A stretch of DNA of 64,000 bases from Candidatus Heimdallarchaeota archaeon (GTDB taxonomy: Archaea; Asgardarchaeota; Heimdallarchaeia; Hodarchaeales; Hodarchaeaceae). The DNA lies in contig RDOB01000002.1 in the NCBI GenBank assembly GCA_011364965.1, forward strand, positions 128,001-192,000, in the 5' to 3' direction. The notes below the pieces were generated by a model. The model was given only the letters and a program-made list of their open reading frames with translations, did not search any database and was not told the origin of the DNA. Made by a program: the position numbers and the translations under genes. This document shows, piece after piece, positions 29,964 through 39,983 of the stretch. How positions within the stretch are numbered: the first letter of the stretch is position 1; each line of letters opens with the position of its first letter.

Positions 29964-30398
29964 TGCATATGCCTCAATCTATGGTTTTTTAGTGATGGTT
30001 TTTTACTATTAAGAAATAACTAACCGCAATTTTACCAATTTCAATGTATTGATTAAAGGCATTCCTTTTGGAATTTTGCTGATAAGTAAGGAATCAGTGT
30101 TTGAATCCATTATAAATCTATTCTAACATAACTTATGGAATATAAAGAGATACAATCTATGATTTGTATGGAATTTCTGTAACAATGGATTAAGGAATCT
30201 ATATCAAGTTTTTTACTATTCTGAATATAGTTTGATTGTGCTAATTTACCCTATTAAAATGAATTCGATTTTTCTTAGTAAAATATGGAAAGATGTCCCG
30301 GGTTTTTTAATTTGCTAAAAGATCTAGAATGATATAAAATAGGATAAGAAATAAAATTCCTTTACTATTTTCGGTTAAACACTTCAGGAGTGCTATAA

Positions 30399-31877
30399 AT
30401 GGAAGTAAAAGCTAGTGAAGATAATGGATGTAAGGTAAAAAAGAAACTAGATTTTCTTACGACTGAGCATTTAAGAGAAAACAGATCTACGAGTCAGAAA
30501 GTCAGAAATATTATTGGTATGGGTCTTTTTGCCTCTGCTAATTCTATTTTAATCTCTTTTATTATAGCCTACTTTAATTCAGCTTATTTGCAAGGTTTAT
30601 TGAAATTAGAGGCATCCATTGCCGAAACTATTTTTTCTTACTCCGTTGCTGCGGGGAGTGTCGCCTTTCTTGGGACTGTTATCATTGGAGGGGCATTTTC
30701 TGATGATTATCGTTCTAAATATGGTGCGAGAGCGCCTTTTATTTTGGGGGGGTGTCTTCTTGCGGGAATAATGTTAATAGTCACTCCTTTTTTTGCAGGT
30801 AGTTCTAATGATCCCGAATTAATGAAAATTTTATTCCCAATATGCTTCTTTTTAATTTACGCGGGGTTAGGACTTGCTAGTTCACCATATGGTGCCCTAT
30901 TATCTGAACTATTCACAAAAGAACAGAGGGGATGGGTTGGCATTGTTTTAGCAGGTTTTACAACTCTTGGTTCTTTCTTGGGTTTAGTATTATTTAAAGA
31001 AATAACAAAAATTCTTCTAGGAGTCGCAGAACTATTTCAGATGAGCTTAGTTCTAGAAGTTAGTTTTTTCATTTTTCCTGCTTTAGTAATAGCCATATCT
31101 GGAATTTTTATCTTTTTTTTGGTTGAAAAAGCCAATCCCCCATATCCACCCATTGATTCAGTTATTACAGATATAATACAGACTCCTACATATCTACTTA
31201 ACTTTTCTGGCTCCGATTTTGGCAAAATGTTCTTTGTTCAATCTTTTTGGGGTTTTGCAGGAGAAACAGTATCTATATATCTGATAATTCATATTTCAAA
31301 AGCTTCCAGTATTTCTCTTGATGAAGCACCTACGGCTTTGGTAATTTTAGCCGTTGTTTCTGCTTTAATGGTTATACCTGCTGGTTTTTTTATTCAAAAA
31401 TTTGGAAAAGTTAACACTGCAATAGTTGGATCAATAGCATATTCACTTTTCTGTCTTCTTCTAGGTGGAATGGAAATCGGTGGATATTCTTGGGCCTTGA
31501 TAATAATAGCAGCCTTAGGTGGCTTGGGCGCGGTATTTGTAGAATCAGTTCGTGTATCTCTACCAGCTGATTTGGTACCAGAGGGAAAGGAGGCTCAATT
31601 CATGGGATTGAATAAATTTGGAGCAACTTGGACTCAACCTTTAGTTGCTTTAGCAGGTGGATTCATTTTATCAGCTTTTGCGGATTGGAATTACTCCGCA
31701 ACCGCGGTTATGTTTTTAGTTGCTGGCATTGCTTCCATTATTGCTACTATACTTCTATTCCTGATAACTTATGAGAAAATGGTACGATCCGAATACCAAA
31801 AGTTTTACAAACGTTACTTACAAGCAAAAGGATTTTTCGAGGGCAAATTAGATAGTTTGGTTGATTCCATAGTATAG
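30399..31877 (+). CDS. MFS transporter (GPH/MelB-like)
   Basis: About 12 hydrophobic segments, SDDYRSKYGARAPF loop motif, DLVPEG. Confidence 0.88.
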   Translation: MEVKASEDNGCKVKKKLDFLTTEHLRENRSTSQKVRNIIGMGLFASANSILISFIIAYFNSAYLQGLLKLEASIAETIFSYSVAAGSVAFLGTVIIGGAFSDDYRSKYGARAPFILGGCLLAGIMLIVTPFFAGSSNDPELMKILFPICFFLIYAGLGLASSPYGALLSELFTKEQRGWVGIVLAGFTTLGSFLGLVLFKEITKILLGVAELFQMSLVLEVSFFIFPALVIAISGIFIFFLVEKANPPYPPIDSVITDIIQTPTYLLNFSGSDFGKMFFVQSFWGFAGETVSIYLIIHISKASSISLDEAPTALVILAVVSALMVIPAGFFIQKFGKVNTAIVGSIAYSLFCLLLGGMEIGGYSWALIIIAALGGLGAVFVESVRVSLPADLVPEGKEAQFMGLNKFGATWTQPLVALAGGFILSAFADWNYSATAVMFLVAGIASIIATILLFLITYEKMVRSEYQKFYKRYLQAKGFFEGKLDSLVDSIV

Positions 31878-31901
31878 AAATAAAATTCTTTTTCCTAATA
31901 T

Positions 31902-32465
31902 TCAGATTTGCCCTTTTCTCTTTTTATTTTCAATTATTAGAATTCCAAGATGCGAAAATGGAGATTCCATCCCTTCACCAGACTTAGCAGAGCATAAATA
32001 ATATCCCGACAGTTTATTCTGTCTAACAAAATTACCAGCTGACTCTGAAATTAGGTCTCTTTGATCCTCGGGTATTGTGTCGATTTTATTTCCTAATAAG
32101 ACAATAGGTATGTTAGGATCATTGTGTTGACGTATCATTCTGACCCATTCAGGTATTTCAGAAAGGGTTTGGATCCTTGATGTATCAAATGCAACAAATG
32201 CCCCCGATGAGCCAGTACAGTATCCTGGAAAAAGGGATCTAAATCTATCTTCACCCGCGTAGTCCCAAAATGCCATTCGAACAATATTTTCTCCGATTTC
32301 TTGATCCATAACAAGAAAATTGATACCTACAGTACTAACAGCAGGGATATAGCTATTGGTTTCATGACGTTTTAAAAGTGTCGTCTTACCTACTCCCCCA
32401 GGCCCTGCCACTACAACTTTAACTGTAAGGACGTCAGGACTAACTATAAATCTAGTCTTCGACAT
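31902..32465 (-). CDS. Rab-like small GTPase
   Basis: GPGGVGKT, STVGINF, WDYAGE, NKID and SAK motifs. Confidence 0.92.
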   Translation of the reverse strand: MSKTRFIVSPDVLTVKVVVAGPGGVGKTTLLKRHETNSYIPAVSTVGINFLVMDQEIGENIVRMAFWDYAGEDRFRSLFPGYCTGSSGAFVAFDTSRIQTLSEIPEWVRMIRQHNDPNIPIVLLGNKIDTIPEDQRDLISESAGNFVRQNKLSGYYLCSAKSGEGMESPFSHLGILIIENKKRKGQI

Positions 32466-32481
32466 ATTTGGATTCCTCAGA

Positions 32482-33006
32482 TCACATAGCTCTTTTTGGC
32501 TTTTTATAAATCCTTTCAGCCATCAATTGAAAGACTCTTTGCGTATTTTCGCCAGTAAAAGCACTTGTTTGGAAGTATTCATCAATTTGGTGGGTGTTTC
32601 GAAATTCATTAATTTTTACAGGGGATAATGTAACTCCTAAATCTGCCTTAGTAGAAACAAGAAAGTTAACACTTTCGTTCTCTCTCCCATAAACACGTAT
32701 CCACTCATGAAGAAGATCTAAAGTCTCCTCACGTGAAGGATCAAAAGCTAATATCAATCCATCGCAATCTGAAGCGTATTGGGGAAATATCATACGAAAT
32801 TTTGGTTCTCCTCCAAAATCATAGACATGAATAACAACAGATGTACCATCTTCAAGTTGAACAGTTTTCAATGTAAATTCAAACCCAACAGTGGAATATA
32901 GTCCTTTAAGTGGGAACTGTTCATGAATAAATCTATGAACAAGTGATGATTTCCCTACATGCTTTTCTCCTGCTATCACAACTTTTAATGGTCGATCGAT
33001 TGACAC
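32482..33006 (-). CDS. Rab-like small GTPase (divergent)
   Basis: GEKHVGKS, STVGFEF, YDFGGE, TKAD and SAF motifs. Confidence 0.9.
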   Translation of the reverse strand: MSIDRPLKVVIAGEKHVGKSSLVHRFIHEQFPLKGLYSTVGFEFTLKTVQLEDGTSVVIHVYDFGGEPKFRMIFPQYASDCDGLILAFDPSREETLDLLHEWIRVYGRENESVNFLVSTKADLGVTLSPVKINEFRNTHQIDEYFQTSAFTGENTQRVFQLMAERIYKKPKRAM

Positions 33007-33141
33007 GAATTATTCCCACTTCATATAATTAAATCTAACCTAAACTAGCTTATATCAATTCTTTTGACGGTAATCAGCGGCAAATTAGATTTTTAATATT
33101 ATATCTTCAGTTTTTGTATCAGCTTTCATCATTTTTATTTA

Positions 33142-34329
33142 TTATTTAATATCAATTTTTGTTTCGTTTTTTGGATGTATATTTTTCAAAGTATTGGCTG
33201 ATTTAGGAATATGGACTTCTGCGGTCTTAATCAATAATGATAATTCTTCACTTCGCGTTATCACTTTTGCGAGTAAAGAATAGACGATCTCATATTTTTC
33301 ATTTACCTTCCTATCAATTATTGCCTGAATTTCATCATGGAAACGCTCTAATTCACGTTGGTGGTTTTTGATTCGAATATTTTGTTCATCCATAATTTTT
33401 TCGTATTCTTTCACCGTCTCTTGAAGTCCTTTTACTAATTCCTCCCTTGATTGCTTTGCCTCTGTTTTTAATTCCTCGGTTAGTTCTGTAATCATGTTTT
33501 CTAATTTTTCCCCAACTTTTTTTGGCATAAAATTTACTGAAATTTCATCAAGAATCTTTGTATCAGACTCTTTAAGTGATTGCGCCGTTAATCCCAATTC
33601 AGTCCGTATACTTTCATTATAACTCTCTATTATTCTTGAAAAGTTCTCAAAATGGGTTTCCTGATCTCTTTTTATAACAGATATTATTTCATTAAACTGC
33701 TGTTTGAGGTTGGATAAATTATCCCTATGCTCATCAAGACTATCTGCATGATTGTCTCCCAATCGACCAAGCTGCTCTAGACCTTCTCCGAGAATTTCCA
33801 TTGAATTCTTTAGGGCATCAAATTGATTTTGTGATAAAGCAATATGGTCAGATATCTTAGAATTCACACTATCGAATGCTGAGTTGGTTTTCCCTTGCTC
33901 ATCGGTAAATGCGTTTAAAATCAATTCTCTTGATTCTTTAATTTCTGTGGAAAAATTAGTCTTCAAATCCTCTTGAATCGTCTCTAAATGTGATAAATCT
34001 TCTTTAATTTCTCCCTCCAATTTATTCTGAGAGCTTTTAATCTCAGATACATTATTTTCCAAGTTTTTATTTAACTCGGAAATCCTTTCCTGGATTTTTG
34101 TAGATAATCTAGAAGTTTCTTCGTTTTGATTTTCTAGCGTCTCTATCTTATGATTTAGCTCCTCTTTCCAATTCCCTAAAGCAAGATTATCCTCCTCAAA
34201 TCGCACTTCAATGTTATCAATAATTTTTTTCAGATCAGTAATTTGTTCATTATTTTCTTCTAAGAACTTTGTTATATCCAATAGTCTTTTTGCAAGTTCT
34301 AGGTCTTCGCTGTCTTCATTTTGCCTCAA
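33142..34329 (-). CDS. Long coiled-coil protein
   Basis: Heptad-rich E/K/L/I/N sequence over nearly the whole length. Start overlaps the upstream gene's stop. Confidence 0.75.
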   Translation of the reverse strand: MRQNEDSEDLELAKRLLDITKFLEENNEQITDLKKIIDNIEVRFEEDNLALGNWKEELNHKIETLENQNEETSRLSTKIQERISELNKNLENNVSEIKSSQNKLEGEIKEDLSHLETIQEDLKTNFSTEIKESRELILNAFTDEQGKTNSAFDSVNSKISDHIALSQNQFDALKNSMEILGEGLEQLGRLGDNHADSLDEHRDNLSNLKQQFNEIISVIKRDQETHFENFSRIIESYNESIRTELGLTAQSLKESDTKILDEISVNFMPKKVGEKLENMITELTEELKTEAKQSREELVKGLQETVKEYEKIMDEQNIRIKNHQRELERFHDEIQAIIDRKVNEKYEIVYSLLAKVITRSEELSLLIKTAEVHIPKSANTLKNIHPKNETKIDIK

Positions 34330-34756
34330 TATTCATCTTCTCCTTCAAATTTTTATTTGCCTCTGTCAATGCGATGTGAATGTCATCTAGGGCATTTAAT
34401 AGTTTCGTTTCAATGCTTTCCTGTTGAATAAACTCATTAATATCCATTCCTTTTTCAACAGCAGGTAAAAACCGTTTCCAATGAGGTCTGATTTCCTCAA
34501 TGTTTTTTGAATCCGCCATTAATATCAATTTTGTTTCAGCATGTAATACTTCGACAATAACTCCTAATTTATGTTCCCCAATGGTAATTTCTGTAATTCC
34601 TGCTGGAAGAATTCCCTTTCTTTTCAAGATTAACAGGGTATCTGCTCTTTCCTGAATGATTGGAAATAGCTCCGTAGGAGTTTGAAGAAAAATTCCTTTT
34701 ACAGAGAAGGCTTCTGCAAATTTTTCTAAAATTTGTTTAAGACTCACAACCATCAA
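34316..34756 (-). CDS. Hypothetical protein, possible Roadblock/longin-like fold plus C-terminal helix
   Basis: Pattern helix(LKQILEKFAEAF)-strand(VKGIFLQ)-...-strands(ITEITIG, KLGVIVEV, KLILMA)-helix. Confidence 0.55.
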   Translation of the reverse strand: MMVVSLKQILEKFAEAFSVKGIFLQTPTELFPIIQERADTLLILKRKGILPAGITEITIGEHKLGVIVEVLHAETKLILMADSKNIEEIRPHWKRFLPAVEKGMDINEFIQQESIETKLLNALDDIHIALTEANKNLKEKMNIEAK

Positions 34757-34900
34757 TCCAAATGCACGAAAGTTTTTCTAGGCATATAGAAAAACTTGTT
34801 GATAATCTTCAATTAATTTAAAATGAACAATTTCTTAAAGATTACATAATACACTCATAAAACAATAACTTCAATACAAATTATAGGAATTTGATAAATT

Positions 34901-35611
34901 ATGAATGACATCTCTTTAGGTTCACAATTGACCGTTATCCTTCCCACATTGAATGAAAGCGAAAATATTGGAAAAATGATTTCGCATTTGCACTCACTCC
35001 TATCAGATTTGAAGATAATAGTTGCTGATGATGGATCAACTGATGGAACCATAGAAATTGTAAATCAGAGGATTATTGAAAACAGGAATATTTCTTTGTT
35101 AAATCGAAGTGAAGATCCAATAAAAGGGCTTTCTGTTTCCATCGCTGAAGCGATCAATCAAACTGAAACAGATTATTTTGTAGTTTTAGACTCAGATTTC
35201 CAACATCCCCCTGAAAAGGTAATTGATGCCCTAAAATTGCTGAATGAAGGATTTCCCCTTGTTATTGGATATCGTACCGAATTTAAAGGTTGGAGTTTTA
35301 AACGGCGCTTAATTTCTTGGGGTGCGACTGATTTAGGGAAGTTTGCTCTTTTCATTCGAGGCAGAAATAGACCAAGAGACATTATGAGCGGTTTTTTTGG
35401 CGGAAAAACAGATTTTGTCCAAAAAATTTTACATGAAAATCCTGGAATTATAGAACCTCGTGGATATAAAATTTTATTTGATTTATTGAAAATTTTACCA
35501 AAAAAAGACAAGATTGGGGAATTTCCTTATAGCTTTCAGGAAAGGGAGGAAGGAAAATCAAAAATCAAAATGAAGCACTTCTTAATCTACTTTAGATCGT
35601 TATTCAAATAG
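34901..35611 (+). CDS. GT2 polyprenol/dolichol-phosphate mannose synthase (Dpm1-like)
   Basis: VILPTLNESENI, DDGSTDGT, DSDFQHPPE, DIMSGFF, GYKILF and FQEREEGKSK motifs. Confidence 0.88.
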   Translation: MNDISLGSQLTVILPTLNESENIGKMISHLHSLLSDLKIIVADDGSTDGTIEIVNQRIIENRNISLLNRSEDPIKGLSVSIAEAINQTETDYFVVLDSDFQHPPEKVIDALKLLNEGFPLVIGYRTEFKGWSFKRRLISWGATDLGKFALFIRGRNRPRDIMSGFFGGKTDFVQKILHENPGIIEPRGYKILFDLLKILPKKDKIGEFPYSFQEREEGKSKIKMKHFLIYFRSLFK

Positions 35612-35612
35612 T

Positions 35613-36227
35613 TTAATACTGTCGTTGTCCAGGAACTGTTGAACGAATGCGACTAGTAGTAGACCGGCTAGTTTTTCTCTGGCCATCTACAAATCGCATA
35701 ATATTGGTGCCTAGAAGCTGAAAAGCTTTTTGGATATTAACTCCAGTTTTTGCTGAAGTTTCTACATAATGACACGTAAACCCTTCTGGTTTGGTTAAAT
35801 TACTTAATCTGTCAGTGAAAATACGTCCTTGTTCTGGAGATACAGTATCATCGGATAATTCTCTCATATCAATTTTATTGGCCACAACAACAATAGGAAC
35901 TCTTCCCCGACCATTATTGGTCCATAATTCATTAATCCATTTTGGGGTGTTAAAATAAGAATCTGGTCTTGTTACATCGTAAACTAATAAAGCACCTACA
36001 CATCCTTTATAATATACTTCTCTGACTGCATCGAACCGCTGTTGTCCTGCTAGGTCCCAAATTTGATATCGAATGTGTTTCCCGCTTACATCATCATCTC
36101 GCATTGCGAAGTCGGCACCAATAGTTAACAAATATTGCGCCTTGAATCCTTTCCCTAAATAGCGCTCACGAATGGCTGTTTTTCCAACACCACCATCACC
36201 AATCAAGACTATCTTAAGAACGGTCAT
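35613..36227 (-). CDS. Rab-like small GTPase
   Basis: GDGGVGKT, TIGADF, WDLAGQ, YYKG, NKID and ETSAK motifs. Basic Ser/Thr-rich tail. Confidence 0.95.
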   Translation of the reverse strand: MTVLKIVLIGDGGVGKTAIRERYLGKGFKAQYLLTIGADFAMRDDDVSGKHIRYQIWDLAGQQRFDAVREVYYKGCVGALLVYDVTRPDSYFNTPKWINELWTNNGRGRVPIVVVANKIDMRELSDDTVSPEQGRIFTDRLSNLTKPEGFTCHYVETSAKTGVNIQKAFQLLGTNIMRFVDGQRKTSRSTTSRIRSTVPGQRQY

Positions 36228-36545
36228 TCTGAATCATACCCTCTTTCTTACATGAAGCGTATATATTTTGACGACATACTTCAGTAAGATTTTGGTATTA
36301 CAATTATTGAATGAGTGAATAATTTATATTAAACTATCTAGTTAGTCTATTCGACTTTCTTAATTACACTCGTTATCTGTCCCTTTTACGAGAAATTTAA
36401 GAGTTTTTCTTAAAATTTAAGCCAAATTTCCACTGTAACAATCTTTTTTGATGTCTTTTTTTTAGAGATTGATTATTAGATCAGAACCAAAGGAATATTA
36501 ATTTGACTTCATAAAGTTATTTTTTAATAAAAATAGGGTGTAAAT

Positions 36546-37532
36546 ATGAGTAAAGTGTTATTACTTTCAAGAAAAAATGTTGAAGCAGTTTTAAACATGC
36601 GAGATACAATAGAAGTACTGAAATCAGCGTTTAGTGAACTTTCTAATGGAAGTGCTATCCTTCCTCAAAGAATTGTCATCCCAGTAGAAAAACAAAAAGG
36701 AATTAGTCTTTATATGCCAGCTTTTCTTCCTGAGACTGGTTCGTTGGCTGTTAAAGTGGTTACCGTCTTTAAAGAGAATGTTAGCAAGTTTAATATCCCT
36801 ACAACTCTTGGAAAAGTCTTATTACAGGATATAGAAACTGGAGATGTTAATTGCATTATGGATGGAGGGTACTTAACTGCAATGCGTACTGGCGCTGTCT
36901 CTGGATGTGCTATCGAATATTTAGCAAAAAAAAATGCCCAGATATTGACCTTATTCGGTGCAGGTGTCCAAGGAAGTACTCAATTATGGGCTGCGATTGA
37001 GGCACGACCAAGTCTTCATACTTGTAGAATATATGATATACAGAAAGAGATTGCTCAAGATTTCGCTAAAAATGCAAAGCATCATAATCTTAATTTTGAG
37101 TTCCCTAATTCCCCTAAAGAGGCTATAAAAGACACAGATATCATTGTTACTTCTACAACTTCTCTTACTCCTATATTCAAGGGAGAATGGCTTGAATCGG
37201 GAATGCATATCTCTGGTATTGGTTCTCACAACCCTGGGGCAAGAGAATTGGATACTATAACAATTCAACGATCAAAAATTATATGTGATCAAATAAGTGC
37301 TTGTTTGGCTGAAGCGGGAGATATTATGATCCCAATTAAAGAAGGAGTCATATCAAGAAATCAACTCACCGAGTTAGGTGAAGTCATAAATGGTCTGAAA
37401 CCAGGAAGAGAAAATTCTGAGGAGATTACTCTCTTTAAATCTGTCGGCTTAGCAATTCAGGATGCTGCTGTGGCTAAGTTGGTCTATGATAAGGCTTGTG
37501 AAAAAAATATAGGTACAGAGGTAGAAATATAA
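36546..37532 (+). CDS. Ornithine cyclodeaminase / archaeal alanine dehydrogenase (mu-crystallin family)
   Basis: MPA, LTAMRTGA, GAGVQG, HISGIG and FKSVGLAIQD motifs. Confidence 0.9.
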   Translation: MSKVLLLSRKNVEAVLNMRDTIEVLKSAFSELSNGSAILPQRIVIPVEKQKGISLYMPAFLPETGSLAVKVVTVFKENVSKFNIPTTLGKVLLQDIETGDVNCIMDGGYLTAMRTGAVSGCAIEYLAKKNAQILTLFGAGVQGSTQLWAAIEARPSLHTCRIYDIQKEIAQDFAKNAKHHNLNFEFPNSPKEAIKDTDIIVTSTTSLTPIFKGEWLESGMHISGIGSHNPGARELDTITIQRSKIICDQISACLAEAGDIMIPIKEGVISRNQLTELGEVINGLKPGRENSEEITLFKSVGLAIQDAAVAKLVYDKACEKNIGTEVEI

Positions 37533-37539
37533 AAAATTC

Positions 37540-37568
37540 ACACAAAAAAAGAAGAAAGGGGGGAGGGA
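37540..37568 (-). terminator. Pyrimidine/oligo-T tract after the minus-strand MFS gene
   Basis: The minus strand reads a C-rich run followed by TTTCTTCTTTTTTT just after the stop at 37572. Confidence 0.45.
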
Positions 37569-37571
37569 ATT

Positions 37572-38882
37572 TTATTCTGATTTTGCTTCTCCTGATTTTA
37601 CCCCAAACATCATAATAAAAGCAATTATAAAACAGATAAGGCTAACAGGGAATAGAAGTTCAAATGTGCCTCCTGTTAAAAGATCAAAGACCAAACCAAT
37701 TAAAGCAGGGCCAGCTACTGCAGCTGAACTACTGAAAAGATAATACAAACCTGTATATGATCCTAGTTTTTCATCTGTAGCAATCTCCCAGACAATAACG
37801 ATTGAATTGATATTGATTAAAGCCCATCCTATTCCTGCGAATGCTAGTATAATCATCACGATGTAATACTGATTCGTAGGAGATAAATTAAGCAAGTTAA
37901 ATTGTCCAAGGAACAAAACTGCAATAAGAAAGACAGAAAGGATCGGTAAACCAATTTTAATAGTGTTCGCTCTACCAATACGTTGTCCGATATATCCAGC
38001 AGGAATTGCAAAGAGAACGAAGACTAATGAAAATGAAGTTAACATTAAACTGGCAGCACCTTCTGCTGCTTGAATCGCCTCTTCAGTTGCGGGAGCTGCA
38101 AGATCTACTAGATAAGGAAGAGTTGTCGTTGCCCAACTCGTATACCATGTTTCCAGCGCATTGTATCCAAGAAACCAAAAAAATATCGCAAACAAAACAA
38201 ATAAGCAAGATTTATCATTGTCGGTTAAAACTTCTTTAACGCTTGTTATAACTGATACTTTGGTTTCTGGTGCCTCTTTGCTGGCATATTCTTCAGGTTC
38301 TTTAACAAATAGAACTAATAAAAACATTGCGATTATCATTATAGCAGAAGTACTACCAAATGCGACTAATGGACTAATAGTGTATAGTCTTGAACCGAAT
38401 AGAAAGGCATAAACAGCCCCCAAACCACCCATTAAATTAATTACACCATTAGCTTTACTACGATGTTTTGAAGAAATAATATCAGGCATCAATGCAACTA
38501 CAGGTGCTCTATAGAATGCCATCATTAGTAAGAAACAAATAATTGCTGCCATCAAGTAGAGGATTACACCTTTTACTAAAGGAAGCACGAATAAGAAAAT
38601 CGCTGAAATCGGAACACCTATTATTAAAAATGGTATGCGACGGCCCCATCGAGTACGAGTATTATCAGAAACAGATCCAATTATCGGTTCCATAATAATC
38701 ATTGCGAGATTGTCAAGTCCCATGATTGCACCGACTATAACTCTATCTGGTATGAAACTATTAAGCCAGAGTGGAACATAACTATTATAAAGCGCCCATG
38801 AAACACCGGTTGTGAAAAAGCCTAATCCAATTAAAAATGTCTTAGTCCAGCTAAATCCTGTCTTGTTTTCTGTAATTTGCAT
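37572..38882 (-). CDS. MFS sugar transporter (SLC45/GPH-like)
   Basis: GLGFF, SDNTRTRWGRRIPF, PVVALMPD, ANGVINLMGG and GSYTGLYY motifs. About 12 TM segments. Confidence 0.9.
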   Translation of the reverse strand: MQITENKTGFSWTKTFLIGLGFFTTGVSWALYNSYVPLWLNSFIPDRVIVGAIMGLDNLAMIIMEPIIGSVSDNTRTRWGRRIPFLIIGVPISAIFLFVLPLVKGVILYLMAAIICFLLMMAFYRAPVVALMPDIISSKHRSKANGVINLMGGLGAVYAFLFGSRLYTISPLVAFGSTSAIMIIAMFLLVLFVKEPEEYASKEAPETKVSVITSVKEVLTDNDKSCLFVLFAIFFWFLGYNALETWYTSWATTTLPYLVDLAAPATEEAIQAAEGAASLMLTSFSLVFVLFAIPAGYIGQRIGRANTIKIGLPILSVFLIAVLFLGQFNLLNLSPTNQYYIVMIILAFAGIGWALININSIVIVWEIATDEKLGSYTGLYYLFSSSAAVAGPALIGLVFDLLTGGTFELLFPVSLICFIIAFIMMFGVKSGEAKSE

Positions 38883-39155
38883 CTTATTTTACATCCTATT
38901 AAGTAAGTATGCCTAATTTCTTTATCCTACCTCACTTAAAATTAAGGATTTTACATTTATTTCAGAAGAGGTCAATAAAGTGTCGATTTTAAAGCTAATT
39001 CTTTCTTCTCTGTCTACAATTTTAAATATTTACCCCTCTTTCAATATTTTATAGGTTCGTAATCATGGTGAAAATGATCACAGAAAAGTGCATTTAAAAG
39101 ATTGAGAAGCTTTATTCAAAAATGAATCCACATTGGAGTAAGGAGTTGAAGAAAT

Positions 39156-39569
39156 ATGAATTCTTTTTTCCAAAGAATTTCCAGAAACCGTCCTTTAGTC
39201 CTTATTGGTATGATAATTGTCACGATATATTCATTCTTTGCATTTCTCTTTGCTCTTTCAATACTTATTCAAGAATTTAGCAATTCAGGAGGATATTCTT
39301 TCTCATATTTACTGAATTTAATTCTAACGCTTCTAATTAGTTATCCCTTATTGTTTATTTACTTAAGTCCAATATTCTTGTGTTTCGTGCTATTATTTCA
39401 AATCTTTAGTTTTGATTTAAAGAAAATACCAATGAAAACAACGTTATACGAAAGCATTTTTCTTCCCACCCTTTATTACGGTTCAATAAAAGTGATAATC
39501 CCCCACTTTGAGCAGGAACACAGGATTATATCTGCTAAAGAAGACTCTAATAACGATTTAAAAACATAA
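39156..39569 (+). CDS. Hypothetical membrane protein
   Basis: Two to three hydrophobic segments. GGAG SD upstream. Confidence 0.55.
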   Translation: MNSFFQRISRNRPLVLIGMIIVTIYSFFAFLFALSILIQEFSNSGGYSFSYLLNLILTLLISYPLLFIYLSPIFLCFVLLFQIFSFDLKKIPMKTTLYESIFLPTLYYGSIKVIIPHFEQEHRIISAKEDSNNDLKT

Positions 39570-39679
39570 TAAATTTTAATGATTTTCAATGGAAGGATTA
39601 TAAAAACATCGTTTTTCTGCTTCGCTTGGTTTCTAACATATAGTAAGAATGATAAATACTTATAAAAGGGTTGAGAAAT

Positions 39680-39982
39680 ATGAGAACTAGACGAGAATCA
39701 ATAATAAAGCTCCTCCGAGAGCATGATGATATTACTTTACAAGAATTAGCAGATTTGACTCAAACTGCTGTTAAAACTATTGCTCGTGATTTAGATTCCG
39801 TTAGAAAAACCATAAAATCAGAAGGTTTGAGGATTGAAGTTCGTCCTGCAAAATGTATGGCATGTGAGTATCTATTTACGGGTAGAAATCGCGTATCAGA
39901 TCCCACAAAATGCCCTGAATGCCATTCAGAACGAATTGATCCTCAAAGGTTTCGACTTGCAGAAACCAAACAGAGGGAATGA
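39680..39982 (+). CDS. Archaeal HTH / Zn-ribbon transcriptional regulator (COG3357-like)
   Basis: TRRESIIKLL HTH, PAKCMAC..F and PTKCPECHSERI motifs. Confidence 0.85.
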   Translation: MRTRRESIIKLLREHDDITLQELADLTQTAVKTIARDLDSVRKTIKSEGLRIEVRPAKCMACEYLFTGRNRVSDPTKCPECHSERIDPQRFRLAETKQRE

Positions 39983-39983
39983 A

